From: a virus
IMG/VR virus record: IMGVR_UViG_3300035698_007508
Coordinates: 32,001-96,000 of that record
Length of the DNA stretch: 64,000 nt
Reading direction: 5' to 3' (one strand)
Translations under genes and position numbers: made by a program
In this document: piece by piece, positions 7,496 through 17,572 of the stretch
Layout of the letters: the number at the start of each line of letters is the position of its first letter
How positions within the stretch are numbered: the stretch's first letter is position 1
Notes under the pieces: generated by a model
Told to the model about the DNA's origin: nothing
Databases searched by the model: none
What the model saw: the letters and a program-made list of their open reading frames with translations, nothing else

Positions 7496-10348
7496 ATGAA
7501 GTTGGCTGACGTTCTGGCGACCCCGCCAAATAGCTTGATCAAGGACGCGGATATCGAGAGTCCCGACGAGGCGCAACTGGAGCGGGACTTTGCGAGCATG
7601 GCGTTCGTGTTCTTGCGTGACCGAGCCCCGGCGCTTATGCCCTATCTATTAGGGTTCGAGGTCGTAGACCGCGAAGAAGACGGTTCCCGCGCTATCGGTA
7701 TCTTTGGATTCAAGATCTCCGGCGAATACTACTACGTCCCCGCGTTCTTCGTGAACCAGCAGGTCAAAGGTATGGACCTGTTGTTCGCCAAGAAGACCAA
7801 CAGTTTCATGCCGCTGCGTGAGACCTGGATCAATCATTTGCTCGACAAGTCCACGTTACAGCTCGGCGAAGGCCGTAACGACAAGAAGCTGCGCGAAGAC
7901 TTCGAGAACCCCAATTTCGACTTCATCTCGTCACCGCCTGGTACGACCAAGCTGGCCAACGCCGGACTCGGTTACCTGTTCACAGCAGAGGAACTGGCTA
8001 AGTTGGGTCAGATTGTCACACCGGCACAGACGTCGGGTATCCCGCGTCCCCTGATGATGGCACAGCAGGCACAACCGGGCGCACAGCCGCAGCAGGACCC
8101 GAACGCCAGCGGCGCAGCTGTACAGCCACCACCAGCGTCCGGCGTCGTGCCGGTAGGTAACGTGGCCACACTTCAACAGGCTGGTCAGGTACTACCCGGG
8201 AACGTCACCGGTCAGACACCGCAGTTCCCCGGTAAGGCTGCAGGCGTTAGCGCACGCGGTAAGCGAGACGGTAGCGGTCCATACGGTGCTAGTGCGCAGC
8301 GTTCGTTGACCGGTGATAAGGGCGTACGTCAACTTGCTGGCGAAGAATGTCCGATGGCGGCCGGCGGCACCAAGGCCGATTCAGAACTCACACCGGCGGA
8401 AGCCAAGGCGCGTAAAGCGTGGAAGTCTAGCCAAAAACAGGCCGGGTGGCACGTTGGCCAGTGTCACGAAGCATGGAACGATATACAGGGCGCCGTCGCG
8501 GAAAGCATGGCCAAGGATGCCGCTTTTCAGATGGACTGGGCCGGGTTCGTCGCAGCTCTCAACAAGCAGACCCTTGACGATTGGCACAAAACGGCTGACG
8601 GTAGCCCTCTTCTTTCATACATCGCGCACCACGGTGGTCCACGGGCTGCACGTGCGCTGATGACGTCGCTGGGTAACGTGAAGTTCGCCAACGCGGCCCT
8701 TCTTTTTTACCCATCAGTCGAGTCCCTGTACGTGCACGAGTTCGACGCCAGCCTACAGCCCGAGAAGCGTGCAGCTACGATCAGCGTGGTCAGTAGCGGC
8801 GAGATGGATGGACCATGTTGCCCTGAAGACGCTTCCGACGCCGAGCGTAAACGTCTGGTACGCGATAGTTTCAGCATCATCGATCGCCGTGACTCCGAGT
8901 CCAAGTCGGAAGTGTTCGACGCTGCGTACGAGAAGCAGTACTCTAATCCGACCGAGAGCGGTACCTACGACTTGTTACTGCCAACCGGTAGTACGGCCGA
9001 GGCCTGGGTTCTACAACAGGCGGGCGGACAACCTGGTAAGGGCCTGGTAGTTGTCGAGCCGTCCAATCGTTTCTTCTTCACTGCCGATCCATCCCGCGTA
9101 TACGTACGCGGGGAACAGCGGGACGGTGATGGCCCGTACGCTAAGGCCAAGTCGCTGGGTAGCATGCAATCGGACGAGCGCTACATCCTGGTCAACGAGC
9201 GCGGCGACGCAAGCGCGCCATTCCGCGTACAAGCCGTGGTGGCCGAGAACGGTGAGCGCGTACGCATCCGTGTGAACTTTGAGACCTGTGTGGATCACGC
9301 GAAGTCACGTGCTGGTACGTTCGACGGTATCAGTGATGGTTACTATGACGATCGCACCAAGTACCTGCAGCTGTCCGACGACTCCAGTCCGAAGCTGCGT
9401 AAGGCCAATGAGAACCTGATTGTGTCCAAGGCATGGAAGGTAGTGAGCCTGGTCGACAAATACGATTACGCTCGCCCACCCAAGGCTATGGACGATCCGG
9501 AAGAGCGTTCCGCCGCACGTTCCGCCGCGGAGAATGCGTACGACGCGTTCTCACCCGGTGACCCTATTGACTTGGAAGAGGCATTCGGCAAGCACGCGAT
9601 CCATCGACTGACTGTTGAGGCTGCGGACCAGGGTAACACCTTCTATAGCTACTTCGACGGTTACACCGACGGTCCGTGGACGCAGAAGCAGGCCATGCTC
9701 AAGCTGGTTACCAAGTACGGCATGAGCGTTGACGACGCCGAGGACACGATGCTGGACGCCGTGGCGAACATGAAATCACGCAAGCTGATCAAACTGGCGC
9801 AGGGTGTCGGTATCGGCATGAACATGCCGCAACCCCCGAGCGCTACCGGCTCTGACCCGAGCACGGGAGTTCCGATCGAGGAACCGTGGACTGGTACCGA
9901 GACCGGCGAAATGCTGGGCGCACCGCCGCTGGCTGATACGATGGAGCCTGGCTACGCTGTCGGCGGGCAGACCGAGAACGAACTGTCCAGCGGTGGGCAG
10001 CAGGACGCGGGTCAGGAAGCTATGGCCCTGTCTGAACAGGCTGCCCAGACCGGTCAGAAGAACGTGTTCGATCACGCGACGATCGGTGGACTGGTACGCC
10101 TGTACGACGCTTCATCTGTGATCGATCAGTACGTACCCGAGCTGATCAAGGCGCTCGACCGCGTCGGTCGTATTCTCTTCATTTTCTACTGGAAGAACGA
10201 GGACTTCGCGGAACGTTACGGCAAGGAAGACCTGGCCGAAATGGAAGACCTGATCCGCGGTGTGTTCAAATCGTTCGGCGACTTGGTGCTCAAGTTGAAG
10301 CAGAAGTCGGTCGGTTCCGACGACAGCAAGGACGTGTTGGCGATATGA
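7496..10348 (+). CDS. Large multi-domain hypothetical protein, putative processed head/inner-body protein
   Basis: 950-aa ORF with strong SD; globular-looking N- and C-terminal blocks separated by Q/P/A-rich linkers bounded by K-x-A motifs. Confidence 0.75.
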   Translation: MKLADVLATPPNSLIKDADIESPDEAQLERDFASMAFVFLRDRAPALMPYLLGFEVVDREEDGSRAIGIFGFKISGEYYYVPAFFVNQQVKGMDLLFAKKTNSFMPLRETWINHLLDKSTLQLGEGRNDKKLREDFENPNFDFISSPPGTTKLANAGLGYLFTAEELAKLGQIVTPAQTSGIPRPLMMAQQAQPGAQPQQDPNASGAAVQPPPASGVVPVGNVATLQQAGQVLPGNVTGQTPQFPGKAAGVSARGKRDGSGPYGASAQRSLTGDKGVRQLAGEECPMAAGGTKADSELTPAEAKARKAWKSSQKQAGWHVGQCHEAWNDIQGAVAESMAKDAAFQMDWAGFVAALNKQTLDDWHKTADGSPLLSYIAHHGGPRAARALMTSLGNVKFANAALLFYPSVESLYVHEFDASLQPEKRAATISVVSSGEMDGPCCPEDASDAERKRLVRDSFSIIDRRDSESKSEVFDAAYEKQYSNPTESGTYDLLLPTGSTAEAWVLQQAGGQPGKGLVVVEPSNRFFFTADPSRVYVRGEQRDGDGPYAKAKSLGSMQSDERYILVNERGDASAPFRVQAVVAENGERVRIRVNFETCVDHAKSRAGTFDGISDGYYDDRTKYLQLSDDSSPKLRKANENLIVSKAWKVVSLVDKYDYARPPKAMDDPEERSAARSAAENAYDAFSPGDPIDLEEAFGKHAIHRLTVEAADQGNTFYSYFDGYTDGPWTQKQAMLKLVTKYGMSVDDAEDTMLDAVANMKSRKLIKLAQGVGIGMNMPQPPSATGSDPSTGVPIEEPWTGTETGEMLGAPPLADTMEPGYAVGGQTENELSSGGQQDAGQEAMALSEQAAQTGQKNVFDHATIGGLVRLYDASSVIDQYVPELIKALDRVGRILFIFYWKNEDFAERYGKEDLAEMEDLIRGVFKSFGDLVLKLKQKSVGSDDSKDVLAI

Positions 10349-11364
10349 TCTTGGGCAACCGCGATATCCGGACCCCGTTCATCAGCGAGGGCGATGATCC
10401 GCTGAACGTGGTATGCGACTGGCCGCACCAGGTCGCCGTAGCCATGCGGGATCAGAATATCAAGTATCGTCGGTTACCTAAGGTACTGAGAGACACGCCT
10501 GAGTGTAAGTTGATTTGTACGCATGCCGAGTTCTTGACCGCGTTCGCGCAGTCAGAGGCTGCGGCGCGGAAGAAGTACAACCTACACCACATCGCTGACG
10601 GTTGGTTTACGCGTCGTGGTGAGTCGCTGGGTAGGGATTATGTGGATCCTATGTTGCTCGGCGGCGCGCCTCACGGGGTGACCGCGGCGCTATGCGGGGA
10701 AGAGGTATTGATGCAGAAGTGCCCGATAGAACTGATTGAGATCTATGAGAAGCTGTTCTACCATTGCCGCGCCGCAGACGGCACGATGGTGGCTTCGCCA
10801 ATCCGTAAACGTATCTTGGCACTCAATGGCCAACCTACGTTGACGCCCCGTGCGACAGCGCAGGACAAATGGAAAGCCGTGGCGGCGATTTTCGACTATT
10901 CAACGCTCGTCGAGTACTGGGGCTTCTGGGAGATTGACACGGCCGGCTCGTTACCGGACGCTGTACGGTTCATGCGCCAGAAACGTTATGGACAAGAGCA
11001 TATGTTTGAGCGTATTATGACGGGGCAAATTGATGATGAACAGACACTTGCAATGGTAAGCCAGAGTATGGAGCACGAAAAGCAACAGTTTGAGATGGGC
11101 GCTGGTGCCAGCGAGAACGTGTGGGCACAGCTATTCGGTCGTGTATTGCAACTGGTGGCGCCGGAACTAGCTCCGCTGCCACAGTCCGAAGCGCAGATGC
11201 AGTCCCAGAGTGCTGCACTGACCCGCAAACTGGAGGCGCAGCGCAACGTGCATACCATCGATGTAGAGGACGCTGGTCCTGCTGCTGGCCGTGACGCACG
11301 CAATCAACAGATTCAGCAACACTTAGAGGCTGAAGCAGCAAGACAGGAGGCACCGGTACAATGA
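10345..11364 (+). CDS. Hypothetical protein
   Basis: 339-aa ORF with ATGA overlaps at both ends. Confidence 0.75.
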   Translation: MILGNRDIRTPFISEGDDPLNVVCDWPHQVAVAMRDQNIKYRRLPKVLRDTPECKLICTHAEFLTAFAQSEAAARKKYNLHHIADGWFTRRGESLGRDYVDPMLLGGAPHGVTAALCGEEVLMQKCPIELIEIYEKLFYHCRAADGTMVASPIRKRILALNGQPTLTPRATAQDKWKAVAAIFDYSTLVEYWGFWEIDTAGSLPDAVRFMRQKRYGQEHMFERIMTGQIDDEQTLAMVSQSMEHEKQQFEMGAGASENVWAQLFGRVLQLVAPELAPLPQSEAQMQSQSAALTRKLEAQRNVHTIDVEDAGPAAGRDARNQQIQQHLEAEAARQEAPVQ

Positions 11365-12839
11365 TCGATCCAGTACTGAAGGATAAGCTGATGGGAGCAC
11401 TCCAAACCAGCGTTGATCATATCAACGGTGGTATGCAGGCTCAGGAAGCGGTGGTTAAGGCAGCCACCGCCGCAGACTTTAACGTCGAACAGTCCCGCCG
11501 GTTGTGCGAGCTGTTCAACACCGCCCGTACCCTATATCATTTCGAGCGGAACCCCGGCCAGAAGGAGGCGTCATTCGAGCTGATCGACGCCGACGCAGTG
11601 CTTGGTGATATCTTCACCGCACCCGGGACCGCGCCGAAGATTGCGCAGGATGCAGTTCCCGACTATACTGAGTACGATAGTCCTGAACTGATGGTACGGG
11701 ACGGCATGGTAGTCGAGGCCGCCGCCGAACTTTGGCCCAAAGCGGCCGAAGCGCTCCCGAGCCTGGATATGCAAGCCCGCCGGGCATATCGCATCATAGA
11801 TACGCAGCGTGGACTGGCCGACCAGACGCAGTCCGAGTGTAGGCAGGCCGAGATTCACATATCGCAGTCATTGAGTAAACTTGCGGCGGCCATCGGGCAA
11901 GACTTCAGCTTGAACGGTCCGGCACGCTATGCGCGATTCCTACGGGCCCGTGACGGCCAGGAGGATCAGCCCGTAGTGGCTAAGCTGGCAGAGTTCCTAC
12001 CGGCCTACGTCAAGGTCAGTGCAGGCGATCTGGCGGCCTGTGGCCGTATCGTCGAGGACCGCGACCTACAGCCGTGGTTCGCACACATCGATTTTGCGCG
12101 TCAGATGGAGCATCAGGCTACTGCCTCGTTGGCCATTGCACGCACTGTGGCGAAGGAAGCACAAGCCTTCGAGGATGCCTTCGTCGGCATGGTCGGCGGA
12201 CAGCGACATGAACCAGATGTAATTGAGACCCTTCTCGCCCCTTTTGTGGAAAAACGTAGCGCCGAAGGCGCCGGCACGTACAGCATACCGACGCTGGACG
12301 TGGGTGCTGCGTTTGGACTGACACCGGAGCGCACGACGCCTGCGAGCCTGCGTGGCGAGGGTAACAAGAACCTCGGTACCCGCACCGTAGAGCGTCAGCC
12401 GGGCTTGGCCGGTAAGCTGCTTGGCGGCACCGGTGGTATCGTCGGCGAGGCCACGAAGGATTACGTGACGTCCGGGATCAAGACGTTGGGACAACGCGGC
12501 GTGGCCGAGAACCGTACGATCACGGACCGGTTAAAGAATCAGCAACGCGAAGTACTGCTACAGGACCTGCTGGCCACCGATCCGTTTATCAGCGAAGCCG
12601 ATCCACAATCTGTGGCTAATGGGTACCTGACGATCATGCAGGTAGCGCCCGAGGTGTCCACCAACAAGGAAGTGGTCCGTGCGGTGTTGCGGCAGCTGAT
12701 ACACACCGGCGCGCTTAGCACGTTCGACGCGTCGTCGCTGGCCGACCTTGAGAAGACTATTCGCGAAACAGCTGGTACACTACCAGTGCGGCAAACTGTG
12801 GGGGCAATTGGCCGGGACCGCAGTAGTAGACGAAGATGA
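11361..12839 (+). CDS. Hypothetical helical protein, putative head-associated
   Basis: 492-aa ORF, ATGA-coupled; K-x-A motifs confined to the N-terminal ~300 aa. Confidence 0.75.
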   Translation: MIDPVLKDKLMGALQTSVDHINGGMQAQEAVVKAATAADFNVEQSRRLCELFNTARTLYHFERNPGQKEASFELIDADAVLGDIFTAPGTAPKIAQDAVPDYTEYDSPELMVRDGMVVEAAAELWPKAAEALPSLDMQARRAYRIIDTQRGLADQTQSECRQAEIHISQSLSKLAAAIGQDFSLNGPARYARFLRARDGQEDQPVVAKLAEFLPAYVKVSAGDLAACGRIVEDRDLQPWFAHIDFARQMEHQATASLAIARTVAKEAQAFEDAFVGMVGGQRHEPDVIETLLAPFVEKRSAEGAGTYSIPTLDVGAAFGLTPERTTPASLRGEGNKNLGTRTVERQPGLAGKLLGGTGGIVGEATKDYVTSGIKTLGQRGVAENRTITDRLKNQQREVLLQDLLATDPFISEADPQSVANGYLTIMQVAPEVSTNKEVVRAVLRQLIHTGALSTFDASSLADLEKTIRETAGTLPVRQTVGAIGRDRSSRRR

Positions 12840-13189
12840 AGATCCGGACATACAAGAAGTTGGAAGGCGGTATCTACCGCGTATCCATGTACACACAGGA
12901 CTGGTCAGAACTGGATCAACAGCTGATGGCCAAGTTTGACGAGCCTGAGATCGATCTAGGCGGTACGTTTACCGGCGCGCCGTCGCTCGATTTCGACCTG
13001 GACAACGACTTGGTACGGATCATGAGCGAATCACCGTTCTCCGTCGCTTTCGATATCGATGATTACGCGGACGCGCACGACCGCGCCGAACTCTGGGCCG
13101 ATACGATTCAGGCTCGGATCACGAGCGCCGTTTTCGCGCTCCGGTTGAATGCGGACGGATACACCGGCGAAGAGGTCACGGAGGTCTGA
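12836..13189 (+). CDS. Hypothetical acidic protein
   Basis: 117-aa ORF, ATGA-coupled. Confidence 0.75.
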   Translation: MKIRTYKKLEGGIYRVSMYTQDWSELDQQLMAKFDEPEIDLGGTFTGAPSLDFDLDNDLVRIMSESPFSVAFDIDDYADAHDRAELWADTIQARITSAVFALRLNADGYTGEEVTEV

Positions 13190-13190
13190 T

Positions 13191-14246
13191 ATGGACAAAG
13201 AAGCACAATGGGCACAGAACGCATTGGAAGCCGTACGACGTGCCGGATCGCGTGGAGCTGATGCGGTACGCAGTATTCCACAGGTTCGGCAGTTACAAAG
13301 GTCGTTAAAGGACAATCCGCAGCTCAAACAGATGCTGGTCAACAGTTTGATAGGCGCCGGCGCCGGCGCTGGTACGCTCGGCCTGGCTCGTGCGTTCACA
13401 CCGCATGACGAGGAAGAGGATAAGGGAAAGGGCGTCGTGAGTCAGGCGCTACTCGGGGCGTTACTCGGCGGCACGGCAGGTGCGGGCTTTACCGGTATGA
13501 AGCAGTTGTTCAAGCAGCCACCCGCGCCGCCGCCAGCCGCTGCAAGTATGGGCAAGCGAATAGGTAACGCGGCCAGCAACTCCGGTACTGCCACAATAGG
13601 CGCTGGACTACAAAACCCGGGCGCTATCGCCGGCGGAGCACTGGCAGGCGCGACGCACTTCGGCTTTACTAGCATGATGGGGCAACGTGGTTTCCGTACC
13701 GCGCATCCGGTAGTCGATCGCCTACGTGAACTGCGTGCGTCGTCAATGGCACAGAAAGATATGGCACTAGTGTCGGAGATTGATAATATATTGAATAAGT
13801 TTGACAACACTGTAGCCATGCGTCCTGGTCGCTTTCCCACGTTTCGGAAGGCTGTAGGGCACGGCGGCGGGTTACGCGGTAAATTGAATCGGTTGCGTAA
13901 GCCGGCTCCGGGCGCAGTGACACGTAGGCCCACATTCGTTTCCGTGCCCGGTGTACCTCCGAAGGCACGTGGTTGGTTCGGGCGACTGGGTCAGTCGTCT
14001 ACCGGATCCAAAGCTATACGCGACGTCAAGGGCGCAGTGAGGGGTAGGTCTGTATTGAAGCGTGGATTGCGTCGTAGGTCGTTGACTGGGTTACTCGCCA
14101 GTATGATGGGTGGCGCGTATGTCGGCGACAAGATGCAGGACTACCTGGCAGGTCAGGATCACTATGATCCGAACTGGCGTCCGCCGAGTCATACACAGAA
14201 GATCATCCAGCCGTGGACAGACCTAGCAGCGGGAGCTGACAAATGA
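13191..14246 (+). CDS. Glycine-zipper, Arg/Lys-rich protein, putative internal/ejection protein
   Basis: GGAGGT SD then ATG 13191 (MDKEA...); segments LIGAGAGAGTLGL, ALLGALLGGTAGAG, IAGGALAGA and a very basic C-terminal third. Confidence 0.7.
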   Translation: MDKEAQWAQNALEAVRRAGSRGADAVRSIPQVRQLQRSLKDNPQLKQMLVNSLIGAGAGAGTLGLARAFTPHDEEEDKGKGVVSQALLGALLGGTAGAGFTGMKQLFKQPPAPPPAAASMGKRIGNAASNSGTATIGAGLQNPGAIAGGALAGATHFGFTSMMGQRGFRTAHPVVDRLRELRASSMAQKDMALVSEIDNILNKFDNTVAMRPGRFPTFRKAVGHGGGLRGKLNRLRKPAPGAVTRRPTFVSVPGVPPKARGWFGRLGQSSTGSKAIRDVKGAVRGRSVLKRGLRRRSLTGLLASMMGGAYVGDKMQDYLAGQDHYDPNWRPPSHTQKIIQPWTDLAAGADK

Positions 14247-15703
14247 TTGATCGACACGAAGAAGAAGGCCTACGTAAACTCACGTTCTCGGATCAGTTCC
14301 GGCCTGAAGTAGAGGTTGGGCTGCAGCTGGTGGAAGATCCCGCTGTGTTCGCCAAGACAGCGAGTGTCACGTTCGACTGCACGGCGGAAGCCCTGAAACC
14401 GGACAAAGATCATGTGGGTATCCACGCTGTGGCGCTGGGCGATTTCGAGCACTACGGTATGAACCGCAACGGTGACGGTTTTCCCAAGAAAGCATGTCAG
14501 ACCCGGCACGAGACGTTTGTTACGCACGGGCACATGTTCATCGGACACAACAACCGGGACCGTGACCAGGCCGTAGGACAGATCGTCAAGTCCGGTTACA
14601 ACGAGCCTATGGGTCGTATCCAGCTCTTCCTACACGCACACAAGGACAAGTCCCAGGCACAACTGCACAAGTTGGCAACGACCGGCGAACACAGTTTCAG
14701 CATGGCCTGCCGTGTACCATTCGACCGTTGCGACATATGCAATACCTTGCGCAAGTCAGCAGCAGACCCTAACCAGTGCGCGCACATCCGCGACAGCTTG
14801 GGCGAGACGTTTGAGGATGGTAAGGTGGCCTGCACGCAGAACGACTTCCCGACCTGGTTCGACATGAGCTGGGTTGACCGACCGGCGGACCGTATCGCCT
14901 GGAACCTCAAGGTCGCCATGGCACATGGCCGGCAGGATGCTGTCAAACAAGCAGAGTCCAGCGGGTTGTGGGTCCCAGACGAGCTGGAGTGCAATGTGCC
15001 CGGTTACCAGCGTAAACTGGCGACGGTACAGAAGCTGGCCACGCTGGAAGAGAAGTATGCGGCCCTGGCCGCTAGTCAGACGCCACCTCGTGGCTATGAC
15101 CGGTACCTTTGGGACTTACGTAAGGCTGCTGCTTTCGACCTGTCGGATGCGCAGTTGGATCGGCTACGGACGTTCAATCCGGAGCAGGTCTTCGCGAAGT
15201 TGGCCGCGGCTGGGGTTGTGTTGAGCGCACCTGCGTTCTTCAAGTTTGCCCTGGGCCTGGGTTACGGCGAGCTGGCATCAGAAATGCCGAGTATACTGGA
15301 CAATGTACGTGTTGGACTGTTCGGTAGACTGTACAAACAAGGTGGATACCAACGGACGTGTCGGAATACGTATTTCGACGTTGACACCCGTGCGCTCGAA
15401 GCGTATGGTTGGGGCCACAATTCAGAACTGACACAGTTTGTCAGCGAGAAAGTGGCAAGTGCCGGCGCTTTTGTCGGCCACAGCGTAGAGGCGCGGATTA
15501 TTGATGCGACGATTTGTGGTAGACAACCGGAAGTAGGTATGCCAATATCTGTGAAAGTTGCTTCGGGGACTACGGTCCACCGCGGCGCTGAAATTTACGC
15601 GGCGTACAAACTGAGCGCATTAAGCGCGATGGAAGTCTGCCATAAGCAGGCAAACGCGGACGCGCTGTTGGCTTTAGCGGCAGTCCAGAACCTGGTGAAG
15701 TGA
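14243..15703 (+). CDS. Prohead (capsid maturation) protease, HK97/assemblin-like, with Zn-ribbon insert and long C-terminal extension
   Basis: NRNGDGF; His in MFIGHN; Ser in SFSMAC; CDIC..CAH; FDMSWVDRPAD. Lies upstream of scaffold, decoration and capsid genes. Confidence 0.8.
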   Translation: MIDRHEEEGLRKLTFSDQFRPEVEVGLQLVEDPAVFAKTASVTFDCTAEALKPDKDHVGIHAVALGDFEHYGMNRNGDGFPKKACQTRHETFVTHGHMFIGHNNRDRDQAVGQIVKSGYNEPMGRIQLFLHAHKDKSQAQLHKLATTGEHSFSMACRVPFDRCDICNTLRKSAADPNQCAHIRDSLGETFEDGKVACTQNDFPTWFDMSWVDRPADRIAWNLKVAMAHGRQDAVKQAESSGLWVPDELECNVPGYQRKLATVQKLATLEEKYAALAASQTPPRGYDRYLWDLRKAAAFDLSDAQLDRLRTFNPEQVFAKLAAAGVVLSAPAFFKFALGLGYGELASEMPSILDNVRVGLFGRLYKQGGYQRTCRNTYFDVDTRALEAYGWGHNSELTQFVSEKVASAGAFVGHSVEARIIDATICGRQPEVGMPISVKVASGTTVHRGAEIYAAYKLSALSAMEVCHKQANADALLALAAVQNLVK

Positions 15704-15722
15704 AACATAAAGGAGAGTAATC

Positions 15723-17075
15723 ATGGCAACGATGGAACAGATCCTTGCTGAGACCACAGCAATCATGCAACAGAAACAGGCGTCCTTTAAGAAGGGTGCT
15801 ATGTCTGGACAGGATCCAAGCTCAATGCCCGGAAGCGACAAGGACAAGCCGATCCCCGAGGGGAGCGAGAAGCCCGACAGCGAAGTGAATGATGGTACCA
15901 TGGGTCCCACCAGCTCACGTTCGACCGAAGGCGCGGGCGACGATAGTCCCGTAACTCGTGGCGACGCCGTTGATTCCGAGCAGTCGGTCAAGGAACCTAC
16001 CAAGAAACCCGCAATCACCGCTGACGCGAATGCCAAGACGGCCGATGAACATTGTGCGAAACTCGCCAATGACCTGATCGGCAGCATTCACGAGTGGCAG
16101 CAACAGAAGCAGGCCGCAGAAGCTGCATCCGCAACCAAGCCAGCAGCCAAGCCGGCCGAGAAGGGCGCTGGAGCAGCACCTGCAGTTAAGCCCGCAGTTA
16201 AGCCCGTAGCCAAGGTTGACGACAGTACGCCCAAGGAAGCGGCCGGATTCAATATGGACCTGACGCAGGACGTACTCGCCAAGATGGCCGCGATCGCGCT
16301 GTCATATGACGAGGGTGTTACGTTTATGGAAGGTATGCTCCAGAAGTATGCCGGTCAGCAGTACGCGCAGCAGGCCATTCAGTTCCTGACAGATCAGAAT
16401 GAGCAGGCCGAGAAGGAAGCAGCAACTGATCAGGGCTACCAGGATGGTATGCGCATGATCCAGAAGCAGTCTTTCCAACGGGGCCAGCAGTCCATCCTCA
16501 CAGCACTCGCTCAGGCCAAGCAGGCCAACGCGAAGGGTGTGAAGGGTGCGGCACCGACGTTCGATCTCGAAGCACTGGCCAAGCTTGGTCAGGCAATGGC
16601 TGACGGTTCCATCGCTGATGTGATGGGTGCAATGCCCGAAGGCGGCGCAGGCATGGGTGGCGACGTCCCCGGTGCTGAAGCGGCTATGGGCGCCATGGGC
16701 GGCGGAATGGGCGGCGAAATGGGCGGCGAAATGGGTGGAGCACCGATGGAAGGCGCACCTGATGGTATGCCAGCCGAAGGTGGCGAAGAAGAGTTCACCG
16801 TCGAAGATCTTGCAGCTGCGCTTGACATTCTCGTATCCCAGGGTGCTATCGGCGAAGAAGAAGCCCAGCAGATCATGGAATACGTAGGCGCATCCGAAGG
16901 CGGCGCTGAAGGCGCGCCAGCCGAGGGTGCGCCGGCAGAGGGCGGCGAAGCGCCGGCAGAGGCCGCACCGGCAGAGGGCGGCGAAGCACCAGCGAAAGCA
17001 CCGGCGAAAGCACCAGCGAAAGCACCACCGGCGAAAGAGGAGCCCCCAGCTGACGGCGGCGAGAAAGTTGAATAA
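15723..17075 (+). CDS. Putative capsid scaffolding protein (low complexity)
   Basis: Position between protease and capsid genes; Ala/Glu/Gly/Pro-rich and disordered-looking; many K-x-A motifs. Confidence 0.6.
   Translation: MATMEQILAETTAIMQQKQASFKKGAMSGQDPSSMPGSDKDKPIPEGSEKPDSEVNDGTMGPTSSRSTEGAGDDSPVTRGDAVDSEQSVKEPTKKPAITADANAKTADEHCAKLANDLIGSIHEWQQQKQAAEAASATKPAAKPAEKGAGAAPAVKPAVKPVAKVDDSTPKEAAGFNMDLTQDVLAKMAAIALSYDEGVTFMEGMLQKYAGQQYAQQAIQFLTDQNEQAEKEAATDQGYQDGMRMIQKQSFQRGQQSILTALAQAKQANAKGVKGAAPTFDLEALAKLGQAMADGSIADVMGAMPEGGAGMGGDVPGAEAAMGAMGGGMGGEMGGEMGGAPMEGAPDGMPAEGGEEEFTVEDLAAALDILVSQGAIGEEEAQQIMEYVGASEGGAEGAPAEGAPAEGGEAPAEAAPAEGGEAPAKAPAKAPAKAPPAKEEPPADGGEKVE
16986..17036 (+). repeat. 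12-nt tandem repeat GCACC(A/G)GCGAAA encoding (APAK)n
   Basis: Four units, the last with an extra Pro codon; near-identical array at 19571-19630. Confidence 0.9.
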
Positions 17076-17090
17076 CAGTCAACTTTCTTG

Positions 17091-17119
17091 TTGCGCCACC
17101 CTATACGGAGGTGTACTAT
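17091..17119 (+). promoter_or_regulatory. Candidate sigma70-type promoter TTGCGC-N17-TACTAT
   Basis: Just after the scaffold stop and upstream of the decoration/capsid genes. Overlaps the SD and ATG at 17118; if real, GTG 17139 would be the start codon. Confidence 0.35.
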
Positions 17120-17540
17120 GAAATCTGAGGATAGGAACGTGAAAACCACTGCAGACGCACAGACAGTTAAACTGGCGCATGCTGAGACCCTGCTGAAGCA
17201 AGCGGCTGAGTACGTATCGACAGCACAGCCACAGTTGGACAAGTATGCAGAGTTCACAGATCGCTTCGAGAAGCGCGCCCAGCAGGTTGCTGGCGTCCTT
17301 GTCGATCGCGGGATCATCCCGGCGGCACAGTCGGCCCTCCTGTTGCAGAAGTTTGCAGCAGACCCGACGAAGGCCCTTGACATGATCGCGCAGTTGGCCC
17401 GTCTCGTCGGCCCAGATCAGCTGGGCAAGAGCGCGGGTATCCGAGTACCGCAGGGTCGGAAACTCGGACCGTTCGAGGCGCTTGTCATGAACGGCGATTC
17501 GGCGAACACGCATTTCGAAAGTTCTGCGATGGTGGACTAA
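17118..17540 (+). CDS. Small helical head-associated protein
   Basis: GGAGGT SD 6 nt before ATG 17118; 6 of 10 Lys are in K-x-A motifs. Confidence 0.7.
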   Translation: MKSEDRNVKTTADAQTVKLAHAETLLKQAAEYVSTAQPQLDKYAEFTDRFEKRAQQVAGVLVDRGIIPAAQSALLLQKFAADPTKALDMIAQLARLVGPDQLGKSAGIRVPQGRKLGPFEALVMNGDSANTHFESSAMVD

Positions 17541-17572
17541 ACTGAAACAAGAAAGAAAATAAGGAGACAACA

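Noticed and set aside
7496-12839. Portal or terminase among the large genes before the protease
   Set aside because: No Walker A/B or RNase H-like nuclease motifs and no portal-like pattern were recognisable; these genes are probably outside the window.
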